DNA of 33,711 nucleotides, from positions 1 through 33,711 of the forward strand of contig JAXLNO010000692.1 of NCBI GenBank assembly GCA_038087875.1, given 5' to 3'. This document shows, one piece after another, positions 32,140-33,711 of the stretch. Position 1 is the first letter of the stretch, and each line of letters begins with the position of its first letter. The notes beneath the pieces were generated by a model, which saw nothing but the letters and a program-made list of their open reading frames with translations, was not told the origin of the DNA and did no database searches. The stretch comes from Malacoraja senta (taxonomy: Eukaryota). Made by a program: the position numbers and the translations under genes.

Positions 32140-32458
32140 GTTTAGTTTTAATTTAGTTGAGAGATACAGCTTGGAAACAGGCCCTTCAGCCCACTGAGTC
32201 CATGCTGGCCATCGATCGCCTGTGTGCACTAGTTTTATGTTATCCCACTTTCTCAGCTACTCCCTACACACTAGGGGCAATTTAGTGAAGTCAATTAACT
32301 AACAAACCCGCACGTCATTGGGATGTGGTGGAAACCGGAGCACCCGGAGCAGTTGCACGCGGTCACAGGTGAATCCACACTGCACACAGACAGTATCCGA
32401 GGTCAGGATCGAACCCGTGTCTCTGGCGCTGTGAGGCAGCAACTCTACCAGGGGCCAC
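32140..32458 (-). mobile_element. V-type SINE
   Basis: Tail, core and B-box (rc of ggatcgaacc, 32406-32415). Confidence 0.8.
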
Positions 32459-32575
32459 AAGTAGTGTCAGAGTATGGGCAGGCCCGATGATATTTCCAAT
32501 TACTGATCATACTTTCTGCTGGGCAATTACCAGATTTGTTTATGGAAAAAACAGTGTGAAGATTCTTTTAAAAAA

Positions 32576-32895
32576 GAGACACAAAGTGCTGGAGTAACTC
32601 AGAGGGTCGGGCAGCATCTCTGGAGAACATGGATAGGTGACATTCTGGGTTGGGACCCTTCTTCAGATGGATTGTGGTGCTGGGAGATGACGAAAAGCTG
32701 GAAGAGAGAGGGGGGCAGGACGAGGCCCGTGGGCAAGTGATAGGTGGGTACAGGCAAGGGGGGGTTTATAGACAGATGGGCAGACAAGCCAGACGTGATA
32801 AAAACAGACGGTTTGACACAAAAAGATTGAAGAGTTGCAAATTGTGAAGCTAGAGGATGGAATGTAGGTGGAAGGACAGGGAATACGAAATAACT
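32576..32895 (-). mobile_element. Penelope pLTR fragment
   Basis: gacacaaagtgctggagtaactcag..gcagcatctctggaga..gggttgggacccttcttcaga followed by a purine-rich pLTR body; degenerate hammerhead at 32639-32666. Confidence 0.65.
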
Positions 32896-32902
32896 GTGAG
32901 TC

Positions 32903-33015
32903 CATAGAAACATAGAAAATAGGTGCAGGAGGAGGTCATTCGGCCCTTCGAGCCCTTAGAGCCCTTCGAGCCCTTCGAGCCCTTCGAGCCAGCACCGCCA
33001 TTCATTGTGATCATG
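32903..33015 (-). mobile_element. CR1 extreme 3' end with 9-bp stutter
   Basis: catagaaacatagaaaataggtgcaggag..; five copies of gccctt(c/a)ga at 32943-32987. Confidence 0.8.
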
Positions 33016-33109
33016 TTCTAGTTATCTTCTTTATTGTTTTTTAAGTAGAATGCATCTGGTTGACTTTTCACCAATCTTTATCTTCGCATTGTGCCTTAAA
33101 ACAAATGCT

Positions 33110-33340
33110 TGTGTGCATGCATGTGTGTGCATGCGTATGTGTGGGACTGTGAGTGCATATGTGTGCGCGCGTGTGTGCATACATGTCAGTCTGCATTTGC
33201 ACATGCATGCGTGTGTGTGCATATGTGCGAGTGTGCATGTGGTGTGTGTGTATACATACAAGTGTGCAGGCACATGTGCATGCAAGCGTGAATATACACA
33301 GTACACACGAGTGTGTGTGTGAATGTGTGCGCGTGCATGA
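33110..33340. repeat. Alternating purine-pyrimidine (TG/CA/TGCA) low-complexity repeat
   Basis: Direct reading. Confidence 0.85.
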
Positions 33341-33711
33341 ATGAGTGATTGCTCTCCACTGTGCCGCCTCGCTGGCTATTCATATTAAATAAGTAACTGT
33401 CTTAATGCCATTATCTGATTTATGATTGTTCCTGAAATGTGCATATCCATAAGCTGAGAAGGTATGGAGGGAGATTAGACCATGGTCTATTCCCAGACTT
33501 CCACAGGCAGTTTTAACAAGGAATGTTTGCATGCAGGTAGAAATAGAGAAACTCATCTTAATCTTCCATGCCTCTGCTTGGGAAACAATATGATCATTTG
33601 CATTAAACATGACTACCTGCTGCATTTCTGTTCTGTGATGTAGAAAATATGTCGGGGAGAAATCACAGGCCGCCATGTCTTTCATTTGCTTTCCGCCAAT
33701 GCCAAATGGAA

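Noticed and set aside
1..33711. CRISPR array, operon or other prokaryotic system
   Set aside because: No regularly spaced repeat-spacer array or dense gene packing; the content is vertebrate intron with transposable elements.

Overview
Eukaryotic, repeat-dominated genomic DNA; the repeat mix suggests a vertebrate, probably a cartilaginous fish such as a skate or ray (inference only). It is mostly intron sequence of a + strand caldesmon-family gene (probably lsp1), of which two coding exons are visible (12296-12542, 18573-18713). Mobile DNA includes the 3' part of a young Tx1-type LINE with poly(A) tail (1-1912), a near-full-length CR1 LINE (about 23987-27390, -), a second CR1 split by nested insertions, many CR1 and Rex1/Babar 3' fragments, about 14 tRNA-derived V-type SINE copies, PIF/Harbinger and pogo/Tigger-like MITEs, and a decayed DIRS-like retrotransposon (about 15020-17326, -). 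The most interesting signal is a family of short Penelope-derived repeats carrying a minimal hammerhead ribozyme core (CTGAAGA-stem-GAAACGTC) in about ten copies; two further copies are fold-back palindromes whose inversion point lies in the ribozyme stem II. All calls come from reading motifs by eye. No database search was run, and boundaries of decayed repeats are approximate.
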